Source: Gammaproteobacteria bacterium
Lineage (GTDB): Bacteria > Pseudomonadota > Gammaproteobacteria > JBCCGL01
DNA: 64,000 nt
Assembly (NCBI GenBank): GCA_965277715.1
Contig: OZ255836.1
Location: forward strand, 64,001 to 128,000
Direction of reading: 5' to 3'
The position numbers and the translations under genes are program-made. Below are positions 11,415-21,727 of this stretch, piece by piece. A model generated the notes under the pieces. The model did no database searches. It was not told where the DNA came from and saw nothing but the letters and a program-made list of their open reading frames with translations. The first letter of the stretch is position 1. Every line of letters starts with the position of its first letter.

Positions 11415-11616
11415 GGATGTCTCTCCAAAATTAATAAGGTAACGCCAGCACTGTGTGCCAGAAAATACAGAATGCCATCCAGAAACAGACTACTCTACTA
11501 CGCGTACTGTACTGGAAAGCCTCCTGATATAAAAATCTCAAGAACCCGTCAGGAATGCAGTAACCACCATTGACCAACTGTCACTCAGACAGCCAGAACG
11601 ATTACCGATAACAGTG

Positions 11617-12930
11617 TCAACCAGTTGAATCACGGCTCATGACTTCCTTAAATGTCGTCGACACATCAGTTACCTTACACTGAGATACCACCCATTCAAT
11701 GACTTCCTGCTCTAATGCCAATCCCTCAATGTTCTGCAGTAATTCCTGATTCTGATAATAATAGTTCACAATTTGCTCAGGTTCCTGGTATGACGCAGCC
11801 ATATCTTCAATGATTTTACGCACATTGTCCGGATTAGCCTGAAGTTCAGCGGTCTTAATAACCTCAGCAACAACCAGACCCAACTTAACACGATGTTCGG
11901 CCTCTTCACGAAATAACGCATCATCAAGCTGAGGTGTTTCATCGTTCCCCGATGATTGTATTTGTTCCTCCAGCTGCTGACGCAGACGGCCTATCTCGTC
12001 AGAAACCATTGTATTGGGAATTTGTACTGTATTTGCCTCGACCAAGGCCGCCATTACCGCTTGTTTAAGTTTGCTTTGGACAGCTTGTTCAAGCTGTCGA
12101 CGCATATTATTGGCAATGTCGTCACGAAACGCCGCAACACCGCCTTCTTCAACACCAAATTCTTTAAGGAATGATTCATCTATCTCAGGCAGTTCAATTT
12201 CACTGATAGAATGTACATGAATTACAAACTCAGCTTGTTTTCCAGCCAGTTCCGCGCTTTGGTAGTCTTCAGGGAAGGTTACCTGAATTGTCTTATCCTC
12301 GCCTTTTTTCGCGCCCAGAAGTTGCTCCTCAAAACCTGGAACCATCGTCCCGGAACCTAATTCCAGTGGCGTGTTTTCCGCCTTACCACCCGGTATATGC
12401 TCCCCATCAACTGTGCCATCAAAATCAATATTCACTTGGTCGCCCAGCGCAGCCTCGCGCTCAACTTCATTCCAGCTCGCCCTCTGTTTGCGGAGATTTT
12501 CGATCATTGTATCGATATCCGACTCAAGCACTTCAGCAGTGGGGCGTTCGATTTCAATTGAGTCAGCGGGGGTGAGTTCAAATTCAGGAAAAATTTCAAA
12601 TGTAGCGGTATAAGCAAACCCTTGTTCGTCACCCCCCTCATTCTCCAGAGGGAGAATGCTAGGCATACCTGCCAGTCGCAAACTTTCATTAACAATAGCT
12701 TCCTGTAGGCTCGATTGGAGTACTTCACCCAATACTTCCTGCCTTACCTGCCCGCCAAAGCGTTTTTTGACCACGGTAAACGGTACTTTTCCTGGTCGAA
12801 AGCCATCGAGCCTAACAGTGCCTTTAATAGAATGCAGGCGCTCATCGACAGCCCCCTGAATCTGTTCTGCGGGTAGCCTCACCGTCAGTTTTCGCTCCAG
12901 CCCATCAGTTGTTTCTACAGAGACTTGCAT
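11617..12930 (-). CDS. tig: Trigger factor
   Basis: MQVSVETTDGLER, ribosome-binding GFRPGKVP, FKBP domain. Confidence 0.98.
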   Translation of the reverse strand: MQVSVETTDGLERKLTVRLPAEQIQGAVDERLHSIKGTVRLDGFRPGKVPFTVVKKRFGGQVRQEVLGEVLQSSLQEAIVNESLRLAGMPSILPLENEGGDEQGFAYTATFEIFPEFELTPADSIEIERPTAEVLESDIDTMIENLRKQRASWNEVEREAALGDQVNIDFDGTVDGEHIPGGKAENTPLELGSGTMVPGFEEQLLGAKKGEDKTIQVTFPEDYQSAELAGKQAEFVIHVHSISEIELPEIDESFLKEFGVEEGGVAAFRDDIANNMRRQLEQAVQSKLKQAVMAALVEANTVQIPNTMVSDEIGRLRQQLEEQIQSSGNDETPQLDDALFREEAEHRVKLGLVVAEVIKTAELQANPDNVRKIIEDMAASYQEPEQIVNYYYQNQELLQNIEGLALEQEVIEWVVSQCKVTDVSTTFKEVMSRDSTG

Positions 12931-13039
12931 TAAATACCTCAAAGTCAGATATACGCTGACGTTTATTATTCGTTACATTAAGGGCAGAGAAAGTATTACT
13001 TCCCTTCCCCCTTAACAATGGAGTAAGGGCCATAAAATC

Positions 13040-13124
13040 TGGTGCGAACGGAGAGACTCGAACTCTCACGGGTTACCCCACTGGCACCTAAAGCCAGCGC
13101 GTCTACCAATTCCGCCACATTCGC
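13040..13124 (-). tRNA. tRNA-Leu (TAG)
   Basis: 85 nt with variable arm, GCGAATGTGGCGGAATTGGTAGACGCGCTGGCTTTAGGTGCCAG...CCA. Confidence 0.96.
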
Positions 13125-13323
13125 AAACTCGGCATTATACCCGAGATGCCACCTGTATTTGCAATCGAAAATGGCCATCATCCGTTAAATACTGCTGGGA
13201 AATCAAAATTAAGGAAGGAAATGATCGTACCGTTGGAAAGCTGTTGATCAACAAAGCATTGGGAATAGATCAATGTTCAATAAAAACCTTCTGGATCTGT
13301 GGATTTTCAGGTGAAGGTGAAGA

Positions 13324-13380
13324 TGGTGGGCCGTGAAGGATTCGAACCTTCGACCAATTGATTAAGAGTCAACTGCTCTA
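13324..13380 (-). mobile_element. 3' fragment of tRNA-Lys(CTT), probable attachment (att) site of an integrated element
   Basis: Anticodon arm TTGACTCTTAATCAA, T-arm and CCA present; 5' acceptor strand and most of the D-arm replaced by unrelated sequence; ICE-type parA starts about 50 bp away. Confidence 0.8.
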
Positions 13381-13428
13381 TTTAGTCGTAGATAGAAGCG
13401 ATTAAGTCTCCTCAACAGGGGGCTTATT

Positions 13429-15363
13429 TTGAAGATTGTAACAGTTTGTTCAACAAAAGGTGGTGTAGGCAAAACCACTATCTCAGCCAATATCAGTGGC
13501 TATGCCGCTCATCTTGGTATCAAAACATTACTGATTGACGCTGATATACAGCCATCTCTCAGTTCATATTTCTCAATACCTCACCTAGCCGAGGCTGGTC
13601 TACAAAAACTTATCACAACAGGCAGCACCCAAGGCTGTATCAGCAAAACCAAATACAAGAACCTAGACCTCATCGTATCTGATGATCCAGAAGGAAAGTT
13701 AGCTTCACTCATATTACACGCAGCTGACGGTCGGATGAGAATTAAAGCTGCGCTCGATAAACTAACTAATTACGACTTAGTAATTATAGACACTCAAGGT
13801 GCAGCAGGCCCGCTTCAAGACGTTGCCGCCCTCGCTGCCACTACGCTCCTGTCACCCGTGCCACCCGAAATACTGTCAGCAAAGGAATTTCATCGAGGAA
13901 TGTTGAGCTTACTAGAACGTATGAAACCGATGGCAATGTACGGACTGTCAATCGCACCTTTATTTGTACTGCCCTACAGAGTTGATCACACCAATGACGC
14001 AAAAAGCATACTGAATACTGTACGTCACTCATTCAGCAAAGTGGGTGGGATAAGTGTAATGGAAACCATCGTCTCTGCTGCTGTCGCTTATCGCAAAGCG
14101 GCAACCGAACAAGCCCCAGTTCACATTATTGACCGGGCAACTGCTATCTACCGTGTCAAAATGGATTTAGAAGAACAAGTTAGTGACTTTTCAGAGCGTC
14201 AATTTTTAGCTCGGCTAAAAGAACGTGGTTACACCGCACTAGACCGTAAAATCTTACGGTTAATGCTCTACGCCGTTGCAGCCCTCCAACCGTATATACC
14301 ACTAGCACTATCAAGTGGCATAGGTAGAGATAAGGTTCAGCGAATTCGCAAGCTAGATCAAGCAGGATTAGCCGCGTGGAAAAACCTGGGCCAACCCGAA
14401 GAAACCTACCAATCAGCTATTTTCACTCCTGCCCTCGCATCCACAGATGATGACGAAGCCTGGGACTTTGATGGGTTATATTTTGCTATCAGACAAAGAA
14501 TGATAGAAATCAGCAAATTAGATTTTAACGTTGTTGAAGTCGAGTTGATTAACAATCTCGAAATCGCACAAAACAAAACCACTACCCTTGAACCACCCCT
14601 CCCTTCACTTGTTACCCTAGATAGCCAGATCGATACTAATAACACAACGCCCTCAACCACATCGGATAACAGCGCCTCATTGCCCACCCCAAAGTTAGTA
14701 ACAACCACCCAAACCAACAACCCTGATACCACATCCACAATAAGCACGGTACAACCCACACAGGCTCTTGTACAGCCACCCACCGCCCTCTATGAGGATG
14801 ACTCACGACCAAGCTCACCTCCCAGCACAAGCAATATTGACACACTAAACCAAAAGCAACGCCGGATGGCAGAGTGCGCGATCCACTTAGCATCACTAAT
14901 ACACCGACAAGACATCATCCAGCCAATCCAAGCTGGATATGGTTTTACACTGACATGCATTCCGCCGTTTGAAAATGACCCTGACCAATCAGTTGAAGCA
15001 CAAGGATGGCGATCCTGGCTAATCTGGCATCTGATAAGCCTCAGCCACCTCACCGACCCAGCGTTTCACTCTCTGTTATCAATACACGCCACCCCACATA
15101 CCAGCCTGGTACATTATTTTGGCAACGGTGATGACCTGGAAATCCTACTGCACTCAGAAGACAAGACAGCCTACCGTCTCCCCTTCACAAACGACCGACA
15201 GGGCGAACACTGGATCCAACTACCAGCAGCATCATTGACATCATATATAGACACAATCTCACTACACAACGACATCACGCTGTTTGCCGTAGAACACAAC
15301 TTGACGTTAACAAGCGTAATAAATGCATCAGTGTTTCAAAATTCCTGGCTGTCGAGGTTTTAA
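13429..15363 (+). CDS. Chimeric ParA/Soj ATPase fused to the C-terminal part of an ICE (PFGI-1-class) ParB-like protein; last codons come from the adjacent IS end
   Basis: KGGVGKTT deviant Walker A, DADIQ, IIDTQG; after about aa 235 the sequence IDRATAIY...SERQFLARLKERGY...LSSGIGRDKVQRIRKL resembles ICE ParB; Pro/Thr-rich linker. Confidence 0.65.
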   Translation: MKIVTVCSTKGGVGKTTISANISGYAAHLGIKTLLIDADIQPSLSSYFSIPHLAEAGLQKLITTGSTQGCISKTKYKNLDLIVSDDPEGKLASLILHAADGRMRIKAALDKLTNYDLVIIDTQGAAGPLQDVAALAATTLLSPVPPEILSAKEFHRGMLSLLERMKPMAMYGLSIAPLFVLPYRVDHTNDAKSILNTVRHSFSKVGGISVMETIVSAAVAYRKAATEQAPVHIIDRATAIYRVKMDLEEQVSDFSERQFLARLKERGYTALDRKILRLMLYAVAALQPYIPLALSSGIGRDKVQRIRKLDQAGLAAWKNLGQPEETYQSAIFTPALASTDDDEAWDFDGLYFAIRQRMIEISKLDFNVVEVELINNLEIAQNKTTTLEPPLPSLVTLDSQIDTNNTTPSTTSDNSASLPTPKLVTTTQTNNPDTTSTISTVQPTQALVQPPTALYEDDSRPSSPPSTSNIDTLNQKQRRMAECAIHLASLIHRQDIIQPIQAGYGFTLTCIPPFENDPDQSVEAQGWRSWLIWHLISLSHLTDPAFHSLLSIHATPHTSLVHYFGNGDDLEILLHSEDKTAYRLPFTNDRQGEHWIQLPAASLTSYIDTISLHNDITLFAVEHNLTLTSVINASVFQNSWLSRF

Positions 15364-16874
15364 ATGCCTCACTAAGCTATGCATGATAGTTCTAAGGGAC
15401 TTTCTTGTCATTATTGCATTTGCAGAGAGCGGATGGTGAATGAGCATATACGGGTAATTCTAGCGTAAAAAAACAATGGATTAACAAAGCTGCCTTTTTT
15501 CTGGGCAATTTGTTGTCTCTTATCAAGCATTTTAGTGTATTTTAGTGTATTTTTTATCAGATGGATGAATACATTCCAGGTTCTTTGTTTTTGATGTTTC
15601 TTCAAAAATACGCATGATATTATAGGCCATGGCAGTAAAACGCATTTGACTGTTCAGCGCATTCAGGTTTGAAGACCAGGCTTTTCTTTCGGTGAAATCA
15701 CTTTTGCTATTGTTGAATGATTTTTCTATCGTCCAACGCTTGTAATAGAGCATAGCAATAGTGCCTTGGTTAATTGACTCTGGTAGCGTTGAAATAAATT
15801 GATGTAATTGACCTGTTTCTGGGTCGCGGTATTTAACAATATGAAATTGGACCTTTTTATTTTTATATACACTATAGCCTTCAACCCCTGTATTAATTTC
15901 ACTACCCTGGTCATAGGGTATAGAGTTGACAAAAGTTGCAACTGCATTTTCTTTGAGTACTGAAATCATAAAATTCTGATGCTGTTTTTGTTTTTCCCAC
16001 CATGCATAATCAGTCACCGCCTTATCGTATATATAGAGATGCTTTTGCCAAGTCTCTTTTTCGCCACAACGTTGTTCAATATAAGAACGTAACGCGGGTA
16101 TTTCCTGGTGCCGTTCAGTACCGTTAGTCACGACACAAAGTGGTCTTAGAAGTCCATTTCTGAGGTTCAAGGCATGAATAAAGCCTGCTGCGAAGACGTT
16201 GCCCTGACGATTTTTCTCTGTGTGACAAGTATGCTGTATAAAATGACCATCAGCTGCTTCTACTCGATATTCTTCAAGTTCAGGAAATTGTTTTAAATAA
16301 TCAATGTCCAAAGAAGATAATTTTTCACTTTGCAGTTGATAGCTTTGCTTTTCCATGGCTTGCATCATCTTCATCCGTCTTGTCGACTTCAATGCGTTAA
16401 AATAGCTTGAATGACAAATTGTCTCGTCGTATATTTCATCCGTAACCTGTAGATAGTGACGACCACTATGTACAAGACTTATACAGCGAAGTAACCCATG
16501 GCGAGAAAAAGCTACGTCATCAATGGCATCGCATGATCTTTTCCATAAAGGGAAGCGTTCAGCAGCAATTGCTTTTTCCATACTTATTTTACAGTGTTCG
16601 GTGATATATTCTTCAACGGTCATCATTTCGTTCATATTCAATTTGCCCATTTAATCAGATATTAAATGGGTATTTTAAAAAAAATTCTGCTGGTGAATGC
16701 AAGTGTTTTTTTGGATAATTTTATTTATTTTATGAATTATAAAGCGTGTTATCGGTTTATAAAAAAACAGTACAAATATTATAAAAAATACTATTTGTAG
16801 CTTATGGCGGCTCTTTTCAGGTGTTATTCATTGCGTTATTAGCTTCCTGGTAGGATTCTAGTGGTACACCCATG
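15326..16874 (-). mobile_element. IS4-family insertion sequence, copy 1 (damaged)
   Basis: Near-identical to 53581-55102; imperfect ends CATGGGTGTACCACTA / CATCAGTGTTTCAAAA. Confidence 0.85.
15328..16650 (-). pseudogene. IS4-family transposase, frameshifted
   Basis: 10-bp tandem duplication TTTAGTGTAT at 15531-15550 gives an early stop (372 vs 437 aa); also a 1-bp deletion near 15420 relative to copy 2. Confidence 0.85.
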
Positions 16875-17040
16875 ACCCTGACACAGGGGGCAACGCTGAA
16901 GGCAACCGCTTGGGTGCCTTCCAGAAATTGATTAATGGAATCAAACGTGGTGAGGTGTTCTAAGCTCATGATCATTCTCATTGTCTGATCATGAACGAAC
17001 TCAAAGATTAACTCAGGCTCATCTCATATTGGAGAAGACT
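16875..17040 (-). pseudogene. 5' fragment of another transposase (IS481/integrase-core-like), cut by the IS4 copy
   Basis: MRMIMSLEHLTTFDSINQFLEGTQAVAFSVA preceded by an end-like sequence AGTCTTCTCCAATATGAGATGAGCCTGA. Confidence 0.45.
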
Positions 17041-17104
17041 TTGTGTAGAAAGCCAACTTGGTTCATGGTATTACTTGGTCGTAGCCTCTGGAAAGCCTCT
17101 CATA

Positions 17105-18613
17105 ATGAATAATCAACTCTGTATTGCGGTAGGTGGTTTTCAACATGAAACCAATACATTTGCCCCACACAAAGCGCACTACGATGATTTTGTCAAAGCC
17201 GACGCCTGGCCTGGGTTGACAGAGGGTGAGGTTATTTTCTCGAAAATGGCGGGCTTAAATATCCCTCTACCAGGTTTTATTGAAGCGGCGCAATCCCGGC
17301 ACTATACCTTGCACCCAATACTTTGGTGTTCGGCGGAACCCAGTAATTTTGTTACCCGTGACGCGTTTGAACGCATTGCCGGGAAGTTTTGTACGTCAAT
17401 TAGCCAGGCAGCGCAGTTGGATGCCGTGTATCTCGATCTACACGGGGCTATGGTTTGTGAACATTTTGAAGACGGTGAAGGGGAGCTGCTACGACGAGTA
17501 CGCGAAATTATTGGTTCCCAGTTGCCGTTGGTTATCAGTCTGGATTTGCACGCTAATATTACTAAGGCAATGATTGAGCACACCACGGCGATGACGGTTT
17601 TCCGTACCTATCCACATCTGGATATGGCCGAAACCGGCGCCCGTGCCTGTGCTTTACTGGTAGATATACTGGCGGGAAAGCCAATGGTTGGCGGTATGCG
17701 AAAAATCCCATTCCTTTTTCCACTGACATCACAATGCACGTATTTTGAACCGTGTAAGTCTATTTATGCCGATATTGCATCAGTAAATACGCCAGGGGTT
17801 TGTAGTGTGGATTTTGCCACTGGATTTCCACCGGCGGATATTGAAGAGTGCGGTGCCGCAGTCGTTGCCTATGGGTCTGATCAACCGTCAGTTGAGGCTG
17901 AGTTGGCGCGTTTGTATACACGCATTGTCGGTGTTGAGGCACAGCTTGCCAACCCATTGTTATCGCCGGATGAAGCTGTACAGCACGCTATGTCGTTTGA
18001 AACAGGTAAACCGGTGGTGCTTGCTGATGCGCAGGATAATCCGGGTGCGGGCGGCACGTCTGATACTGTCGGCATGTTAGACGCTTTGGTGAGAAACCAT
18101 GCGCAGGGTGCTGTCATGGCCGTGGTATACGATCCTGAAGTTGCCGCGACAGCCCATGCGATGGGAGAGGGTGCACAGGTTTCACTGTCTCTGGGGGGGA
18201 AGATAGAATACCCCGGTGTGACGCCGTTTACGGGTGACTTTATTGTAGAAACACTTGCCGATGGCAATTTTATCTGCACCGGAGAAATGTATAAAGACAG
18301 CCGTGCAGAGCTGGGGCCAATGGTGTTATTGCGCGTGGCAGGCTGTGCGTGTGATGTGCGCGTTATTGTCAGCTCGGGGCGTTTTCAATGCCTCGATTTA
18401 GCGGTGATACGGCATCTGGGTGTTGAACCTACTGAACAGCGCATTCTTGTGATTAAGAGTAGCGTGCATTTTCGCGCTGATTTTGATCCTATTGCCGAAC
18501 AAACGCTGGTCGTTGCCGCACCGGGTGCACACCCCTGTAAACTGGCCGATCTGCCCTATAAAAAGTTGCGTAAAGGTATCCGGTTGGAACCCAATGGGCC
18601 AGTTTTTCAATAG
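17105..18613 (+). CDS. M81 / MlrC-family metallopeptidase
   Basis: GGFQHETNTF, LDLHGAM, LDLHAN, RTYPHLD, DNPGAG, KSSVHFRADF. Confidence 0.9.
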   Translation: MNNQLCIAVGGFQHETNTFAPHKAHYDDFVKADAWPGLTEGEVIFSKMAGLNIPLPGFIEAAQSRHYTLHPILWCSAEPSNFVTRDAFERIAGKFCTSISQAAQLDAVYLDLHGAMVCEHFEDGEGELLRRVREIIGSQLPLVISLDLHANITKAMIEHTTAMTVFRTYPHLDMAETGARACALLVDILAGKPMVGGMRKIPFLFPLTSQCTYFEPCKSIYADIASVNTPGVCSVDFATGFPPADIEECGAAVVAYGSDQPSVEAELARLYTRIVGVEAQLANPLLSPDEAVQHAMSFETGKPVVLADAQDNPGAGGTSDTVGMLDALVRNHAQGAVMAVVYDPEVAATAHAMGEGAQVSLSLGGKIEYPGVTPFTGDFIVETLADGNFICTGEMYKDSRAELGPMVLLRVAGCACDVRVIVSSGRFQCLDLAVIRHLGVEPTEQRILVIKSSVHFRADFDPIAEQTLVVAAPGAHPCKLADLPYKKLRKGIRLEPNGPVFQ

Positions 18614-18774
18614 CGAGTGACTGCCATGAGCATTCCTATGTCAATCCAAACAGTGCAGTGATGGTCGAGCCATTGGTCGGTCAGCGCAATCCGGATTTTG
18701 TGCCGTTTCAGTATGGCGAATACCAACGCAATCGGTGGCGTCGTGCATTTCCGGTAGCAGAGATTCCGTGATGT

Positions 18775-19737
18775 TTACAACACCTGGTTAATCACGTTAC
18801 CGCGAAAAAACTGCACCAGGTTGTCTGTAGCAATATCAAATAAAGTGTCCACTGCCTGTTGGGTATTAAAACCGATGTGAGGTGAAATAATGACATTATC
18901 CATTTTTATCAATGGATGATCACTCGGTAAAGGCTCTTGCCAAAACACATCTAACCCGGCACCACCCACTTTTCCTGTAATCAGTGCGTCGATTAATGCG
19001 CCTTCTTCAACCAGCTCGGCGCGTGCGGTGTTTATCAATAAAACGCCTTTTTTCATCTGTGCAAAGGCATTGGAATCAAGCAGTTTTTCAGTTTGTGTAT
19101 TAAATGCAGCGTGTAGCGAAATAATATCACTCTGTTTATAAAGGGTTGCCAATGGCACAAATGTTACGCCGTGCTCTGTGGCACGCGTTGCCGACATATC
19201 ACGCGTCCACACCAATACCTGCATACCCAGTGCCCGACACAACCGTGCAAAAATTTGCCCGATACCACCAAAACCAATAATCCCGACTGTCTTGCCGTGT
19301 AACTCAATGCCGTCGAGTGATTGATCCCAGTCACCGTTGCGCAGCGATCTATCCAGGTGCACAAGGTGGCGGGCGACGCTGAACAGCAAAGCCAGTGTGT
19401 GTTCTGCGACGGTGTTATTCGAGTAACCAGGACAGTTACAGACGCAAATAGTGCGCTCGTGCGCCTGCGGTAAATCCACAAATTGCGCTACACCAATTCC
19501 GGAAAAAGAAATAACCTGTAGGTTCTTCGCCTCGCGCATTACCTCACCTGGCATATTCCAGCCAAGCAGAATACCGTCGGCATGGCTCACCCGGTGGATA
19601 AATTCATTATGGTCTTTTGGTTTACCGGTAAATAATTGAAAGTTGGCAAATGCGCGCAGACGGTCAAAATGATGGTTGTGCTGTGTGATTTCTGATGGCT
19701 GCGCATCAGGGTAAACAATAGTAATTTTCTTATTCAT
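18775..19737 (-). CDS. D-isomer-specific 2-hydroxyacid dehydrogenase
   Basis: GIIGFGGIG, INTARAELV, LDVFWQEP, SPHIG. Confidence 0.9.
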   Translation of the reverse strand: MNKKITIVYPDAQPSEITQHNHHFDRLRAFANFQLFTGKPKDHNEFIHRVSHADGILLGWNMPGEVMREAKNLQVISFSGIGVAQFVDLPQAHERTICVCNCPGYSNNTVAEHTLALLFSVARHLVHLDRSLRNGDWDQSLDGIELHGKTVGIIGFGGIGQIFARLCRALGMQVLVWTRDMSATRATEHGVTFVPLATLYKQSDIISLHAAFNTQTEKLLDSNAFAQMKKGVLLINTARAELVEEGALIDALITGKVGGAGLDVFWQEPLPSDHPLIKMDNVIISPHIGFNTQQAVDTLFDIATDNLVQFFRGNVINQVL

Positions 19738-19825
19738 TGGTTCGGGAATGCGGCTCACAGCTTCTTTGCCAGCAATATACCGCTATCTTTCGGCGGTGGG
19801 CCTGTTTGCAGAGAGTACTTGAATG

Positions 19826-20701
19826 TCAACGAATGATGCCGAGCATTTCTGCCGCTTGCGCGGGTGTGGCGGGTTCGTTGCCAAGCTCGCGTATAATCCG
19901 TACGGCACGCTCTACCAATTGCACATTACTGGCGAACTCGCCTTTGTTGAGGTAGAGATTGTCTTCCAGGCCGACACGGCAATTACCCCCCAGGCTCGCT
20001 GCCTGAGCGACAATAGGAAATTCAAAACGCGAAATACCAAATGCGCTCCAGTTGGCATTCGTTGGCAGCAGGTTTTTCATTACGCTGAGAATTTCAGGTG
20101 TGGCGGGGGAGGCATGCGGAATGCCAAGGCATAGTTGGAACATTGGGTCGCCATCGATCAATCCCTCTTCAATTAATTTGTGCGCAAACACAATGTGGCC
20201 TGGCTCAAATACTTCCAGCTCTGGCTTGACGCCCAGCGTTTGAATACGTTCGGCCATAATGCGCAGATGGGCAGGGGTGTTAACGAATATTGTTTCACCA
20301 AAATTAAAGGTGCCGACATCGAGTGTACAAATATCGGGTCGCAGCGCTTCGATATGGTGTAGTCGATCGAGTGGCTGTACTAAAGTAGTGCCGGGGCCAC
20401 CTACACTGGCATCGACTTCACCGGGGGAGAAGCGGGCGCCCTCGCTGGTGGTGAGGTTGATTAATACATCGCTACCGGCGTCGCGGATGCGCTCAACCAC
20501 TTCGCGAAACAGCGCGGGATCACCGGAACGCATCCCTGTTTGTGGGTCGCGCACGTGAATATGCACGATGGCTGCGCCGACCTTGGCGGCGTTAATGCAG
20601 TCGTTGGCAATGTGTTCCGGGGTGATTGGGTAGTTGGGGTGTTTATCCTGATTATTGTGACCACCGCTGACGGCACAGGTCAAAATGATAGGCTTAGGCA
20701 T
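19826..20701 (-). CDS. Beta-keto acid cleavage enzyme (BKACE/DUF849)
   Basis: ILTCAVSG, YPITPEHIA, AAIVHIHVRD, RVGLEDNLY. Confidence 0.92.
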   Translation of the reverse strand: MPKPIILTCAVSGGHNNQDKHPNYPITPEHIANDCINAAKVGAAIVHIHVRDPQTGMRSGDPALFREVVERIRDAGSDVLINLTTSEGARFSPGEVDASVGGPGTTLVQPLDRLHHIEALRPDICTLDVGTFNFGETIFVNTPAHLRIMAERIQTLGVKPELEVFEPGHIVFAHKLIEEGLIDGDPMFQLCLGIPHASPATPEILSVMKNLLPTNANWSAFGISRFEFPIVAQAASLGGNCRVGLEDNLYLNKGEFASNVQLVERAVRIIRELGNEPATPAQAAEMLGIIR

Positions 20702-20746
20702 TTGATGTATTCCGGTTTTATATTTAATCAATTTAACATGAAACGA

Positions 20747-21418
20747 TTATTGCCATGCAAAATACGGCTGTTCGTAATGTGCTACGCGCGTTTGTCGGCC
20801 CAAAATCGCTATTTCCCGAAACTGGTAAGCTATCGCGGCTGTTGGTGCGGCGAACCAATCATCACCCAGTGGCATCTTTAATACCGGGTGTTCGCTTTCG
20901 GGGATTGTTTCTAAAATAGGGGCGTCATCACGCAGTAACTCATCAATGGGAATGCGGTGGATCGAGGCGACTTCATTGGGGTTTGCTGTTAATGTTATCC
21001 CGCTACCCCCCCATACAACCACTGGTGTGATAACAAACCCTGATCGGGTTGCATAATCGTCGAGTCGCCCCAGAATGTTTTCCGGTGGCAAAGCGATCCC
21101 CACTTCTTCCTGTAACTCTCTCAGCGCCGCTCGTTCGGGGGATTCACCGGGGTCGATACGCCCGCCGGGAAAAGCGCGTTGCCCCGCGTGGTTTTTTAGT
21201 TTGGCGGTGCGAATCGTAAGGATAAAGGCGGCCTGATCGGCTTGCGCAGGCGCAAACGGTATCGCGCCGATATTTGCATCGCCTTGCCGGTTGACAACGG
21301 TGATTGCAACTGCTGCGTGTTTCATACTGGTGAGCGGGCTTTGCCTGTGGGTGAATGCCTGCAGATTTGCGGTGATATGTTGGCGCAGTGTGTTGTCGGT
21401 TGTTAACTGGATGGTCAA
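20747..21418 (-). CDS. Nudix CoA pyrophosphatase (NudL-like)
   Basis: HAGQRAFPGG and Nudix box GESPERAALRELQEEVG. Confidence 0.88.
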   Translation of the reverse strand: MTIQLTTDNTLRQHITANLQAFTHRQSPLTSMKHAAVAITVVNRQGDANIGAIPFAPAQADQAAFILTIRTAKLKNHAGQRAFPGGRIDPGESPERAALRELQEEVGIALPPENILGRLDDYATRSGFVITPVVVWGGSGITLTANPNEVASIHRIPIDELLRDDAPILETIPESEHPVLKMPLGDDWFAAPTAAIAYQFREIAILGRQTRVAHYEQPYFAWQ

Positions 21419-21727
21419 ATTAATACCTGTTAGGTAGGCGCACGGTCATCATGCGGTATATAAAAAATATCATTGCACTATTCTTGCACAACCTCTATGG
21501 GTTAAATTGTGAGGATGGCTACGATGATTAAAGAAGTATATAAGAGCCTGTGATGAAAGGGCGGATAGGGTAGCTGAAGCTGTTGCCGCGCATGGTCAAC
21601 GGTTTAATAAAATCGTTGACCATTTGCTTATTCTCAAATAGGTGGTGAGATTGGTTTTTGTTGTCGGGATTTTACCCATACCCGCAAGCCCGTTGTAGTC
21701 TGGAAAAATTGGGTTTGCATAACACGT

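Noticed and set aside
12996-13181. 61-aa ORF
   Set aside because: Overlaps tRNA-Leu
13324-13400. Functional tRNA-Lys
   Set aside because: 5' acceptor strand and D-arm missing
21592-21623. ATGGTCAACG...CGTTGACCAT inverted repeat as an ncRNA
   Set aside because: Single hairpin with no other support; may just be a terminator or stabiliser
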